Origin: Hyphochytrium catenoides
Taxonomy: Eukaryota; Protista; Hyphochytriomycota
Direction of reading: 5' to 3'
NCBI GenBank assembly: GCA_900088475.1
Contig: FLMG01002207.1
Span: 1 to 37,557 of the forward strand
DNA: 37,557 nt
This document shows, piece after piece, positions 1 to 10,261 of the stretch; the first letter of the stretch is position 1, and each line of letters starts with the position of its first letter. The notes below the pieces were generated by a model. That model did not search any database. It was not told where the DNA came from and saw only the letters and a list, made by a program, of their open reading frames with translations. Both the position numbers and the translations under genes were made by a program.

Positions 1-1452
1 TCTGTTAGCGCGCCGGTTGGTACGTCGTGACCGGACTGCTCTCAACACTAGTCGCTACCGCTTTCTTCGCTTACGCGTCTGTCTTTCTGCCTGCAGAAGG
101 TCCGTGAATTCAGAAACGTTCTCTGTGTTGGATCTCCCGTACTTTAGTTTCTGTATTAGTCCATGAAACTTTTCTCGCACCTCTTCATTATCAGAATAAT
201 GTTAGTCAGATGAAGAACATAACTATCGACGATGGAGATTGCAAAATGAGATAAACTGTTTGCCAATTTAGAAGTGAAGGACACTGAGGGATGCTAGGAC
301 GTAGCACCAAGAGCCTTTACATTACACAGGAGAAAGAAAGAAGGATGTAGGGGAAGCCGCTGCAAAGAGAAACAATGAGATAAGAGGGGAATGTTGAGGT
401 TGAGTAACATTCTGGGAGCGATAGAAACGTAGGCCGGATGAAGAAAACAAGGCTGCTGCTACTTCAAATCGGGCTAACAGATGGGGCAGATATGCAGAGG
501 GAGGAACGGTACGTAACTGAAGATCTCACAATAGAAATGTCAGGAGAAAATAGAGCGATTGTCTCCGAGGACCAAAAACAGGTAGAGAATGAGAGACTGA
601 AGGAATGTAGAGGCGGGCTGCTGGAGATGCGTGATGCACGAAATGGGAAAATGAACAGCGGTAAAAGAAGGTGAACACAGGAGGGCCATGATCATACTAG
701 AATATATATCGGGAGAGAGAGGAAAAGAGGAAAAAGAGAGAGCAGAAAGATTGATGGACGAGAGAGGCTAGATAAAGCTAAGGAAATGAGAGCGGTGTCA
801 AGTCATTCTCATTATCGACATTCACTCCTCAGGAGTTCTTCGCCGTCGCAGGCTAGCCCTGCTTGCCGGCCTGCTGCTCGTCACTCCCGCATCTCCTTGT
901 CCTACGACTTTTAATATCCCTGACTGCGTTGTCATCATTATTATTGGTCTGTGGCTTCTCGCTTCTTCATCATCCTCCTTCTGACTCCCTCATCCCTTTG
1001 CGGCGCTAATAAACCCAGTTTTTTTGTCACCTGATGATGGAGAGCACTGTTTGAGCTACGGAAGGACTGATCACTGCGGGGATTATTTTTGAGTTTAACA
1101 AGCACAACATCATCCACCCTAAGATCCATTCTGCTCACCATTACAGCAAGCGGGTTTGCTTGCTTCCTTACTTCGTCCGGTAACATTTGCCTAACTTAAT
1201 GTTAAGACGATTTGAAATTTTGTAGACCCTAGGGGCTACAGCCGCCAATAAGCTAAGGTTAGCCTCCTCTAGCTGCGGGGTCAAACTGGAGCTTGACAAA
1301 ACTAGCCTGAGAGCTCTCCTTGCGGCATAGCTGGGTCAAGCGGGAGGAGGCTCTTGGGGGCCAGAGATTAGGTCGTCGTAGCAGTGGGTTGTTGTGTGCG
1401 CGCTTAGCGTGCGTAGCGATTGTTCGGGAGTGATAGTTTGAGAGCCTCCTGC

Positions 1453-1508
1453 CTGCTTGGGCCCTACCATTCTCTCCTGCTGCCTGCTGCTTGGGCCCTA
1501 CCATTCTC
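1453..1508. repeat. Direct duplication of CTGCTTGGGCCCTACCATTCTC (22 bp, two copies)
   Basis: Seen directly at ~1453 and ~1487, at the end of the YR reading frame. Confidence 0.85.
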
Positions 1509-1990
1509 GCCGCCGTGTCTTCCATCTGAACGGGTTGATAGGCCGGGAAGCCTTGGTAAGCGTCAGAGTGCCAGGATCCCAAGAGCTTGATGTTTAGGTA
1601 GCCCGACCCTGCATCAGTGTAGTCGCGCGTGCTACCTTCAGGGAGTGTGTTGAGTAGGTTCGGGCGATTTTCTGCGGGCTGCTGCTGCTTGCTTCACCAG
1701 CTTGCCCACGGCCTCCGCGGTAAAAGTGATCTCGGGCGGTCCTATGGCTAACCTCCCGCTCGTCGCCTGGGTCAGGCCCAGTGAACCACCTTTAGAAGAC
1801 AGCCCGCTTTGACAGGAGGGCACAGGAGAGAGTGTCCTGACCTCCGTAAGCGACGTTGAGACCCTCTCCCGATCTGGTCGTCGTTTTTGCCGCCGCGTAA
1901 ATTGATGGAGACTGCCTCTGTCCTGGTACTATCTCCCCATGGTCTGCCAGCGCAGTCCCAAAGCCGTAGGTCGTTGATTCTAAGAAGGAA
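1500..1990 (-). pseudogene. Degenerate tyrosine recombinase (catalytic half) of a DIRS/Ngaro-like YR retrotransposon
   Basis: Manual translation across frameshifts: LRINDLRLWDCAGRPWGDSTRTEAVSINLRGGKNDDQIGRGSQRRLRRSGHSLLCPPVKA (~1987-1805; SKTDQ and CPV motifs), AEAVGKLVKQAAAA (~1718-1677), YSTHSLKVARATTLMQG (~1657-1607; HSLRxGxAT box) and NIKLLGSWHSDAYQGFP (~1594-1544; GRWxSDAY box). Motif order and spacing match YRs of DIRS-group elements. Confidence 0.85.
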
Positions 1991-4900
1991 CCATATCGTC
2001 TGCAGTAAGCAGCGAAAACGCCAAGCTGCCCAGTTGACTGTTTCTACTGCGCTGCACGGGTGTAGTCAGCTGTGCCTCCCCTTTCCGTTGCCACTGTGTC
2101 TAGGTTCTGGGCAGGGGCTGAGGCTGACCGAGCATATCTGAGACTGAGGACGCGTCATCCTCTAACCGCCCCAGGAAAACCTAATAACGCCGGATATTTC
2201 GCCTAATCTATTTGCCACCTAGATGTCAACCTAGGTGTCAGTCCCAGTGGCAGCCGATTTACTGCGGTAGCTTGGTCCCAGGCTAAGCATTCGTGACTGA
2301 CTATAGTCCTTAAGCAGCGCCAGCTTTGCTGTCAGTCTGTCATTGCCTAGCGGCGCTGGGACCAGTCCTGCCTGCAATTTTGTTAGCAGAGGGTCCATAA
2401 ATATCAGGAAGAGGGTGGGAGGGGCATAATAGAGGTCGCCTTGTCGCACTCCACTCCATACTATTGGGAAGACGCTAGTTAGTCCCGCTCCTGCCATGGC
2501 TCTAGATGTTGCCTTGTTTCCCAATTGTCCAACGAGACGGATAAAGCATCCGGGCATCTTAAGTCTTCTCAGAGCTAGTTCCATGCTCCAGCACTCTTAC
2601 CGAGTCGTATGCCTTGCTGATCTCAGTGTTTAGGATATGAAGCCGGCAGTCTTTTTCCTTGTTCTCTTCAATTACTGCCTTTGTCACCCAGCTGACTTCT
2701 TCTGCCGACCTTCCCTTTAAAAAGCCTCGTTGGAGTGGGCTAAGGGGGTCCGTTGCTTGCCTGGCCTTGCTAATGCATCTGTTGAGGATGGCAGTTAGTT
2801 CTTTTACTACTGTCTCTAGTAGGGTAATGGGTCTGTGTCCCTGGTCTCCTGGTTTAGGGATGGGAAAAATTATGCCTGTCGCGAGCTCTCGGATCATCAG
2901 GCCTGTTCGGAGACATGCATCTAAGATGGCTCTCACTAGATCCTTGAATATTGCAGGTAGGCATTTTAAGGCTATTCTTGGGATCGTGCTCGGCTTTGGG
3001 CGGTTCCTGTCGGTCCGCTAAACATTTGTGCTCTCTCTTCATCTGTGATGGGTCCCATCAGCTCTGCCCATCCCTGATGTCTTGCCACAGTTTCAGGCCT
3101 AAGCATTTCCCACTGTTCTCTGTCTGCCTGATCCTGTGGGGGGTTGTTTGCAGGTAGTAAGCTTTCGTTTGGTTTCTCAGCACCTTTACCTGCACCCAGC
3201 TGGGTGGGGCCTTTGCCGTGGCTATCCAGTCCTCGAAAACCTGTGCCACTCCTGTCAGCTGTTCCTCCTCCGTCGTAATTGCCGTTTGAGGTTCTCCTTG
3301 CTCATAAAAATATGTTACAACTTCCATTGGCTTTACTCGGGCTCTTGGTTTTACCAGCTTCCCAAATCTAGTCAGAGCCTTTCTGTCGAAAAGTTTTCGC
3401 CTCTTTAACCTCATTTCTCTCAGCGCTTTAAGGAACTTCGTCCTTAGAAGGCGGGAGATCTCCTGTGAAATTGAAGCTGCTATGTTTGTGATAGAGGCAT
3501 GCCAGACGTCACATTGTACCTTGTTAGGCCCTCATGGGTTTGCGGGGAGTTCGGGCACTCTTACTCACTCCTATATTTGCTGCCTTCTGGACTGTCTTTC
3601 GCACTTTCTTCGCCAGTTTTGTCGTGTGAGTGTGAATAAAGTGATTTGGCAAGGTTTCCCAGGGATCGTATGTGCCCAGGCCTCCTCTGTGTCTGGCTGT
3701 CGCCGGATTGCTCCATCTGCTCAGTAACGCACTAAGTTGTCTACGTACCGCCCTTAGTTTGTTGGCTTCGTTGCTCCTCCTTCTTGTTTGTCTCCCGGTG
3801 GTCTGGCCTAGGGCTTGTTTGCCTGCTTCCATCACCGCTTTCTCTAGGTATTTCCATGCTCGTTGTATCTTGCTGGTCCATTGCGGCTCCTTGACCTCCA
3901 TCACCTGTTCCAGTAGAGGTGCAGACACCTCGTCTAGCCGATCTATTACCCCTTGGCACTCCTCCCTGAGTCCTTTCATAGTTCCCGAGCGCTTCGCTTT
4001 CCAGGGCATTATCTGTTTCATCGTCCTCCTTTGCTTGTCTGGGCTTTGTAAGGGTAAGTCTGCCCCATCTCACCTTCCCTGCTCTTGTGTAAGTGGGAGG
4101 TGCGCGTGGTGGATGTCTAACTTGCCGTCTCCCGCCTTCTGTTGGCCGTGCTAACGCTTTCCCTGGTAGCAATGCCCCATCATTCCCCAGTATTATTGTT
4201 TCTGCATATGGGAAGTCTGCTATCACTGGAGCGTGGTCGCTTCTGTCTAGTTTCATTTTGGCTATGAAAATGCCGCTGCATAGCTCAGCCAGTAGAGGTG
4301 AGGCCCAAATTTGATCTATTCGAGAGGCTACCTGTCCTCCGCGAGTGGACGTGTATGTCCAGGCTTGCACATATGAGTGTCTTAGCCTAAAGAATTCTGT
4401 CAGCTCCAGACTCCTTAGGACGCTTGTCACCGATTCATGGTGTGTGTCTCCATTGTTCAGCCGGCCCGATAGTCTGTCTAGGGGTGTGCATACGCTGTTA
4501 GTATCTTCTAAGATCAGGGTCTCCATACCTCTCTCATGGGCAAGTTGGCATTGTATTCTCATTTCCGTCGCCAGAGCTCTTTGTCTGACGCCTAAGTTGC
4601 CTTCCCCTCTCTGGGTGGATGGCACTGCCGCAGTGGCAGCACTTGCTGCTCCGTATGCCACTATTATTCTAACTCCTTTCCCTCTAGGGTTCGGCTTAAA
4701 GGTAACCGCCAATAGTCTGTCACTTGCTGCCTCTTTGCCGTCTCTGATGAAACGGGACCATGGTTCCTTTACCAAACGACCCACTCCTGAGAAGGCCCTT
4801 GCCGCCTTGGATGGCTCCGGTATCGCCCATGTTAGCCCATATCCGTTCTCCTCTGCCAACTACTGCTCCGCCACTCGTACGGTCCCGGGTGCTGCTTTTG

Positions 4901-5195
4901 TGAGTCTATGTTCTGTGAAGCCTAGGAAATTGACTGGATGTGCCTTCATGAAATAGATTAGGTCAGTAATCCTTCCCTCACTAGTGCCATCTTTGAACCC
5001 TCCACAGTTGTTTACTGTGGCAAGCCTCAGACGTCCTTCCGCTGCTAGAGGAATCACGCAATCATCCCCATCGCAACTTCGTGGAGGGTCCACTGCTCCA
5101 CGGGGTTGCGTTATTGTCGGTCTCGGGGTAGTAGCTGCCTCGGGCTCAATGGCCGCTGCTGCTGCTGCTGGTGATTGGTGTTTCCTCTCCTGTGT
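1991..5195 (-). mobile_element. Decayed non-LTR retrotransposon (LINE) ORF2: APE endonuclease + reverse transcriptase, with stops and frameshifts and truncated at the 3' end
   Basis: APE motifs: LRLATVNNCGG, LGFTEHRL, ILEDTNS (GDFN box), WTY..SRIDQIW, SDHAPV (ORFs 4860-5093 and 3741-4859). RT motifs: PIPKPG..HRPITLL, LQRGFLKGRS, EISKAYDSV, GVRQGD..PTLF (ORFs 2559-2936 and 2231-2584), and GSLAF[SLLT]ADDMV at ~2030-1989. In-frame TAG at 4860-4862 and several frameshifts. Confidence 0.93.
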
Positions 5196-5999
5196 AAGAT
5201 TATTATTATATGAGACGGAGGGAGAAAACAGATATCAGGAGCAGAAACTAGAGATGTTGAGAGAGGTACAAAGAGATAGAGAGGCAGTATCTTGTATCAC
5301 TTCGGTGGTACTGTTAGATGATCAAGAAGGTGCATCATCAACAGATCTCCTCTTTCGCAACTTTATATGTTTTGCCAGCTCTCTCCCCAACCTCCTACCA
5401 CCTCATAATAACTTTTGCTCTTGGAGACCTAATACAATGAGGTAGAAGGAAAAAGGACGAGTTAGCTTCACATCCGGACCATCGTAACACTCCGCAGAGA
5501 GAAAGGCTTGGGCTAGATAGCTAGAAGGTCAATAGATGACCTAGAATCAAATCGTTTGGCGGAGGGGCTGGTGAGCCGCGAGAAAAGAGCTAGTATCAGA
5601 AAGAGTAGCTGATGTCTTTAGCGGGCTGTTGTTGGACAACCCAGACACAGGAGTCGGGTGGGCTTAGCCGTAGGAACGCTACTTTGTAATGAAATTGATA
5701 CTGGTTAGCCGCCGCACGTAGTGGTCTGCACCACACACTCGCGAAGAACTTACTTATTAGCTCTATAGGGTGTGGTACCGCAAAGCAAGGGTGAGGATGA
5801 GGCGTCTGTCCTAAATATAGTTTCCATGTCTACAATGACGCAATGGAGGCTACACAAGTCTGTGTACCAGCTGGCTAGAGAAGACCTTGCAGAATTATTG
5901 GCCTACTATATATGAAAACGCTACCCCGCCCGTTATTCATGTCGCAGCCAATCATCTTCTTCCATACTAGAGTGGCCGCCGCCATGATCGTTAGTGGTG

Positions 6000-7035
6000 T
6001 ACAAAGAGCAGAAGAGGGAGCAGTAGCAGGACACAGGAGAAGAAGAACTGGGAGCGCCTTAAGGCTAAGCAAGCCAACAGGAGGAGGAGGCGGGAGGCAG
6101 CAGTACCGGGCACGGGGCAGAAAGCAGCAGTATGGGGTACGAACACAGCTTCATCCGGGTTGAGGTTGGCAACAGCAGGGGCCACGATGCAGCCGGTAGC
6201 AGCAGGAGATATAGCAAGACAATCTTTAACGGGAAACACAAGGAGCCAGCCGACAGGAGGGAGCAGCAGGAGAGAAGAGACTGAAGTAGGAGGCAGCAGC
6301 AGGAGGCTTGGGGCAGAAGATAGAAAGCAGCAGCGCCAGGCGGTAAGGGCGAAGCAGTAAGAGACAGGAGGCAGGAGACAAGACAAGGCTGGAAGCACGT
6401 AGAAGCACTGCTTGAGGTGGCCGCATGCAGTAGTCGAATGCGGCAGCAAGCAAGATGCAGTAGGAGGAGTAGGAGAGGCAGTAGCAGGACGAAGTAGTAG
6501 CAGCACAAGAAGTGGAAAGCTTTAGGCATGCAGTAGAAGAAAGGAGGGCAGCATCACCGGGCACGAAACAGAAAGCAGCGGCATGAGACACGAGACAGAA
6601 AGCAGCAGAATGAGGCAGGAACGCAGCAAGAGTGAGGTAGGCAAGCGTGCAGGACGGAGCGGGCAGTAGCACGAGGCAGGAAAACAATCGATAAAAGAGA
6701 ATAAAGGAGACAGGAGACAGTAGGAAATAGGAGAGAGCAGCGAGAGGGAAGCTACTGCGGCAGGAGCCAGAACAACCAGGAGGTATGGGACAGGAGGCAG
6801 CAGGTAGAACGCGCCGCCAGCCAGGAGGCAGAGCCAGGGCAACACCCTAAACACGACACCGCGCCAGGACGCAACAAGCGGACACCTGCAAGGTGCAGTG
6901 GTAGGCATGACATCAGAGTAGAAAGCAGCAGGGGGAGGCAGGGGGCAGCATCACGAGGCAGGCAGCAGTACGAGGAGGCAGCGAGGCAGTGCAGCAGAGG
7001 CAGGAGACAACATGAAGGGAGATAGGAGGCAGGAG
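6000..7035. repeat. Purine-rich GCAG/GGAG low-complexity tract
   Basis: Degenerate (GCA)n/GCAGGA-type repeats for ~1 kb. The overlapping ORFs are L/C/P-biased artefacts. Confidence 0.8.
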
Positions 7036-7334
7036 CCAGCCACTCTCATTTGCCTTTCTCTGGCAGTCTCTAAATCTTTATTCACCTCTATATATATCTG
7101 TTGCTTCTGTTCTCTCTATGCCTACTGCTTTTGTTCTCTTGTTTTAGTAGTGTCTCTCTCTCGCCCGCGCAAGCGCGTTCACCTTCTTTCAAGCATCTGT
7201 CCATATCTCTCTTTCCTAATCTCTCTACCCCTTCTCATTCTGGCCCATTCTACCTCTCTCGTCGGCATTTTGTAACTGATGAAGTAAGCGGGGTACGTTC
7301 TCTAAAAGAAACTAAGGGGTTCTAGTGTGAATGT

Positions 7335-7421
7335 CTTCTTTCTTCTTTCTCTCTCTTTTTCTCTCTCTCTCATTCCGTCTCTCTTTTCTCTCTCTCTCTC
7401 TCTCGTTCTCTCTTTTCTCTC
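7335..7421. repeat. Imperfect (CT)n microsatellite
   Basis: Seen directly. Confidence 0.9.
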
Positions 7422-9058
7422 TGCGCCTGTACATTGTCTTCTTGTGACCTTCCTGCTTGCTCTCTCATAAAGTTAGCGAGAAAGGGGACCCAGAGAATGA
7501 AAAAGAGGAGCTTCTCCTACCTAAAGCGTTTTTGTTTTGTCTCACCCTTTTCCTGGGCCCCAAGAGAGATGCACTGTCGTTGCAAAATGAGGAGAGTGCG
7601 AGACGATTGCAGAGAGGGGGGAACAGGTATGAGGGGACAGGGACAGACAGAGAGTGGGAGGGAAAGAAGAAAGAGTAGAGCATCGTAACTCTTTCTGTTG
7701 CTCCTCGCTTCAGAGTAGTGGTAGCGAAATATTATGAAGTCTTTCGTGCCCTCCTGACTCCAGCAGCAAGGTAAAGAAACAATAGAGAAGTCAAATACCA
7801 AGGTTCTGTCATATTTGGTCTCTCTCCTCTTCGCAGAGAAAATATTGATCCTTAGGTCCCTTCTCCTCCTGTAGAGTGACTGACAGGTAAGAAGACAGAC
7901 ATAAAGTACCTGGGAGAGACAGGGTGGCAAGGGCTAGCAAAAGGAAAAAGAAGAGAGCACCTCGAACAGTCCCTTCTTCTTCCTGCACTTACATGAGACC
8001 ATCTTTCTTCGTCTCCATCAAGCTACCTATCTTTATCTCAATTCTCCTCTTTATCTCTCCATCTGCCTCTCCACTACTCAGTTTCTCTATCTCTTCCTCC
8101 GTACATCCCTCTCTCTCGCTCTCTCTTTTGTTTTCTTTCAAATCCCACTTTCCTCCATTCCTCTTTTGCCTACAGTATCTATATCTCTTTTCGTTGTTAT
8201 ACTGGATTCTGAATCCTTGTTGATCAAGTCTATTTGACTCTCCCTTCGCTCTCTCGTCTCTTCCTTCACTTCCCTCTCTTTTACCCATATATCTATTACC
8301 ACTAGCTCTTTTGTCGGCATACTGGAATCCTCTTCCTTGATCAAAGAAGCTGGTTGACTCTCTCATGGCGTGCTTTGAGTGCTGAGCTCTTCTTGGCGAG
8401 CCGGAACTCGAGAGGTGAGATTAATGACTGTGAAGAGTGTGAGCTCAATAAGTAGCGGAATGCTTAGTACTCTGTTGACGTGCTAAGCTTCCTACAGGGT
8501 ATTACTGCTGCTGTGAGAGTGTTTTGGGGTGGTGTTCAATGGTGCTAAGTCTTAGTTCGTTCTTAAGGTTGCAGGAAGCCTATCGATAGAGTCTCACGAG
8601 TCAGAGAAGCGAGGAGATAGATAGCAGTAAGAAAGAGTCGTTCCGCACATCTGAAAAGTAAAAGTAAACTAACCGAACGTGAATGACTACGCTGTACTCG
8701 TACTGAAGTACTGATGCTCTCAAGCAATGATCCGACGAAATATCTGTCACAAAGGCAAAACACACACCACAACGCCCATCACCGCCACAATGCTTTTTTT
8801 CAGCGTTTCGACCAGACAAGCTAGAAGGTCGGCAGCACTAGAATCTTCTGCCACTCCTGATAAAAGCTTCAAAAGCTGTCGTTCTCCGCTCTCCGGCGTC
8901 AACTGAAGCTCTCCTCCTCCATCAAAAGTAGTTATCCCCAATGACGTGGAAGCAACAATAGTTTGAATCCTTTTGCAAGACCTCCCCTCACCCACTCCTC
9001 CGCTCCTTCCTTGTGCCCCTCGCTCGTCTCTATACACTTTCTCTTTGCTAACGAAATC

Positions 9059-9749
9059 ATGTCTGTGAGTGAAGACCAATTACGTCGACTCATCATCCCA
9101 GAAAGTGCTGCTGGCTCACCCCAAACAAAGACACGAGACAGAAGCAGCCCAAGGGGTTCGGCACCCACTGGAGATCGATATCAACAAGAAGAAATGACAG
9201 GTCAGCAAACAGAAGTAACTGCTGGTGGTACTGATCGTGGAGAAGACTACAAGGGCGACATCGCCGAACCCATTGGATATATTGACCCCAAGCTGCAGGA
9301 TCTGCTCTTAGCTGACGACGTAGAACCGCAGAAACTGAAAATACTGTCCAAGGTTGAGTTAGAAGTGGACTATCTATCTGGTGCCAGTGAAAGACCAAGC
9401 TTTCCCGTGATAATAGGTGTGATATATGGGTCTAACTCTAGGCCATTTGTAAACCTTTTTGTGAAGCGTCGAGGGCAAGCTATCAACGTTGTCTTTTTGG
9501 TTGTTATCGGGATCTCCATATGTCTATCTATCAGAAGAGGTCATCAACACCCTACTCCCTGAAGGGACCAAGATTCCAGAGAGGTTAATGGTTGAAGTTC
9601 ACGGGGCAAAGCTGACTGCTGATCTCGTCCCACGGCAGTCCCATTTTGTTGGCATCAATGTTCTTGGGGCAGAATTCTTCAGGCAGGCCGGGGCAACCTT
9701 GACTCTCGATTATAGGAACTCGAAAGTTGAAATACATGCAGATCCATGA
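9059..9749 (+). pseudogene. Stand-alone retropepsin-like (clan AA) aspartic protease, frameshifted at the catalytic motif
   Basis: ATG at 9059. Frame 1 reads ...RPFVNLFVKRRGQAINVVFLV-V-I-G and the shifted frame continues GSPYVYLSEE...SHFVGINVLGAEFF...LTLDY. Joined, this gives FLV(D)(T)GSPYVYLS plus the LGxxF closing motif. There is one extra base near 9509-9511. Confidence 0.8.
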
Positions 9750-10129
9750 AAAGACCGGGTGCTCTTATGTGGACTTGTTTACTGTTTTTCTTAATTATGA
9801 TCAATGCTTAGTGATTCCTCTTATATCACCTAAGGCAGAGACAGCATTGGAGGGAAAGAATGGACAAAGAGGCATGCGGGTGAGGAGAAGGAATGAAGGA
9901 GTTTGTTGAGCGAGGACATGAAGGAGACCGTGCCCAGAACAGTGATGAGGGGAAGACGGAGCAGGAAGAAAGAGAAAGAGAAAGTAGCAGGAAGAGAAAG
10001 GGGAAAGAAATTAGCACGTCTGCTATCGGAGAAGAGTAGTAAGAGCAGCAGGAGGGGGGCAGATAAGGCCTAAATGAAAAGGACGGAGTGCTAGTTCGAA
10101 GAGGAAAGCGAGACACGAGACAGCAAGAG

Positions 10130-10261
10130 NNNNNNNNNNNNNNNNNNNNNNNNNNNNNNNNNNNNNNNNNNNNNNNNNNNNNNNNNNNNNNNNNNNNNNN
10201 NNNNNNNNNNNNNNNNNNNNNNNNNNNNNNNNNNNNNNNNNNNNNNNNNNNNNNNNNNNNN
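10130..10261. other. Assembly gap (N run) in AG-rich sequence
   Basis: Seen directly. Confidence 0.99.

Larger units (their letters stand above)
1210..1990 (-). mobile_element. 3' remnant of a YR (DIRS/Ngaro-like) element: YR C-terminal half plus probable terminal non-coding segment
   Basis: YR motifs as above. About 300 bp of GC-richer sequence follows on the minus strand and ends near ...GGCGGCTGTAGCCCCTAGGGTCTACAAAATTTCAAA (~1211). The end point is inferred. Confidence 0.55.

Noticed and set aside
438-1186. ORFs 438-674 (+) and 941-1186 (-)
   Set aside because: They are short, have no motifs, and have no supporting splice structure.
5875-8366. Many overlapping ORFs of 60-170 aa
   Set aside because: They are products of GCAG/AG/CT low-complexity sequence with no domain motifs.
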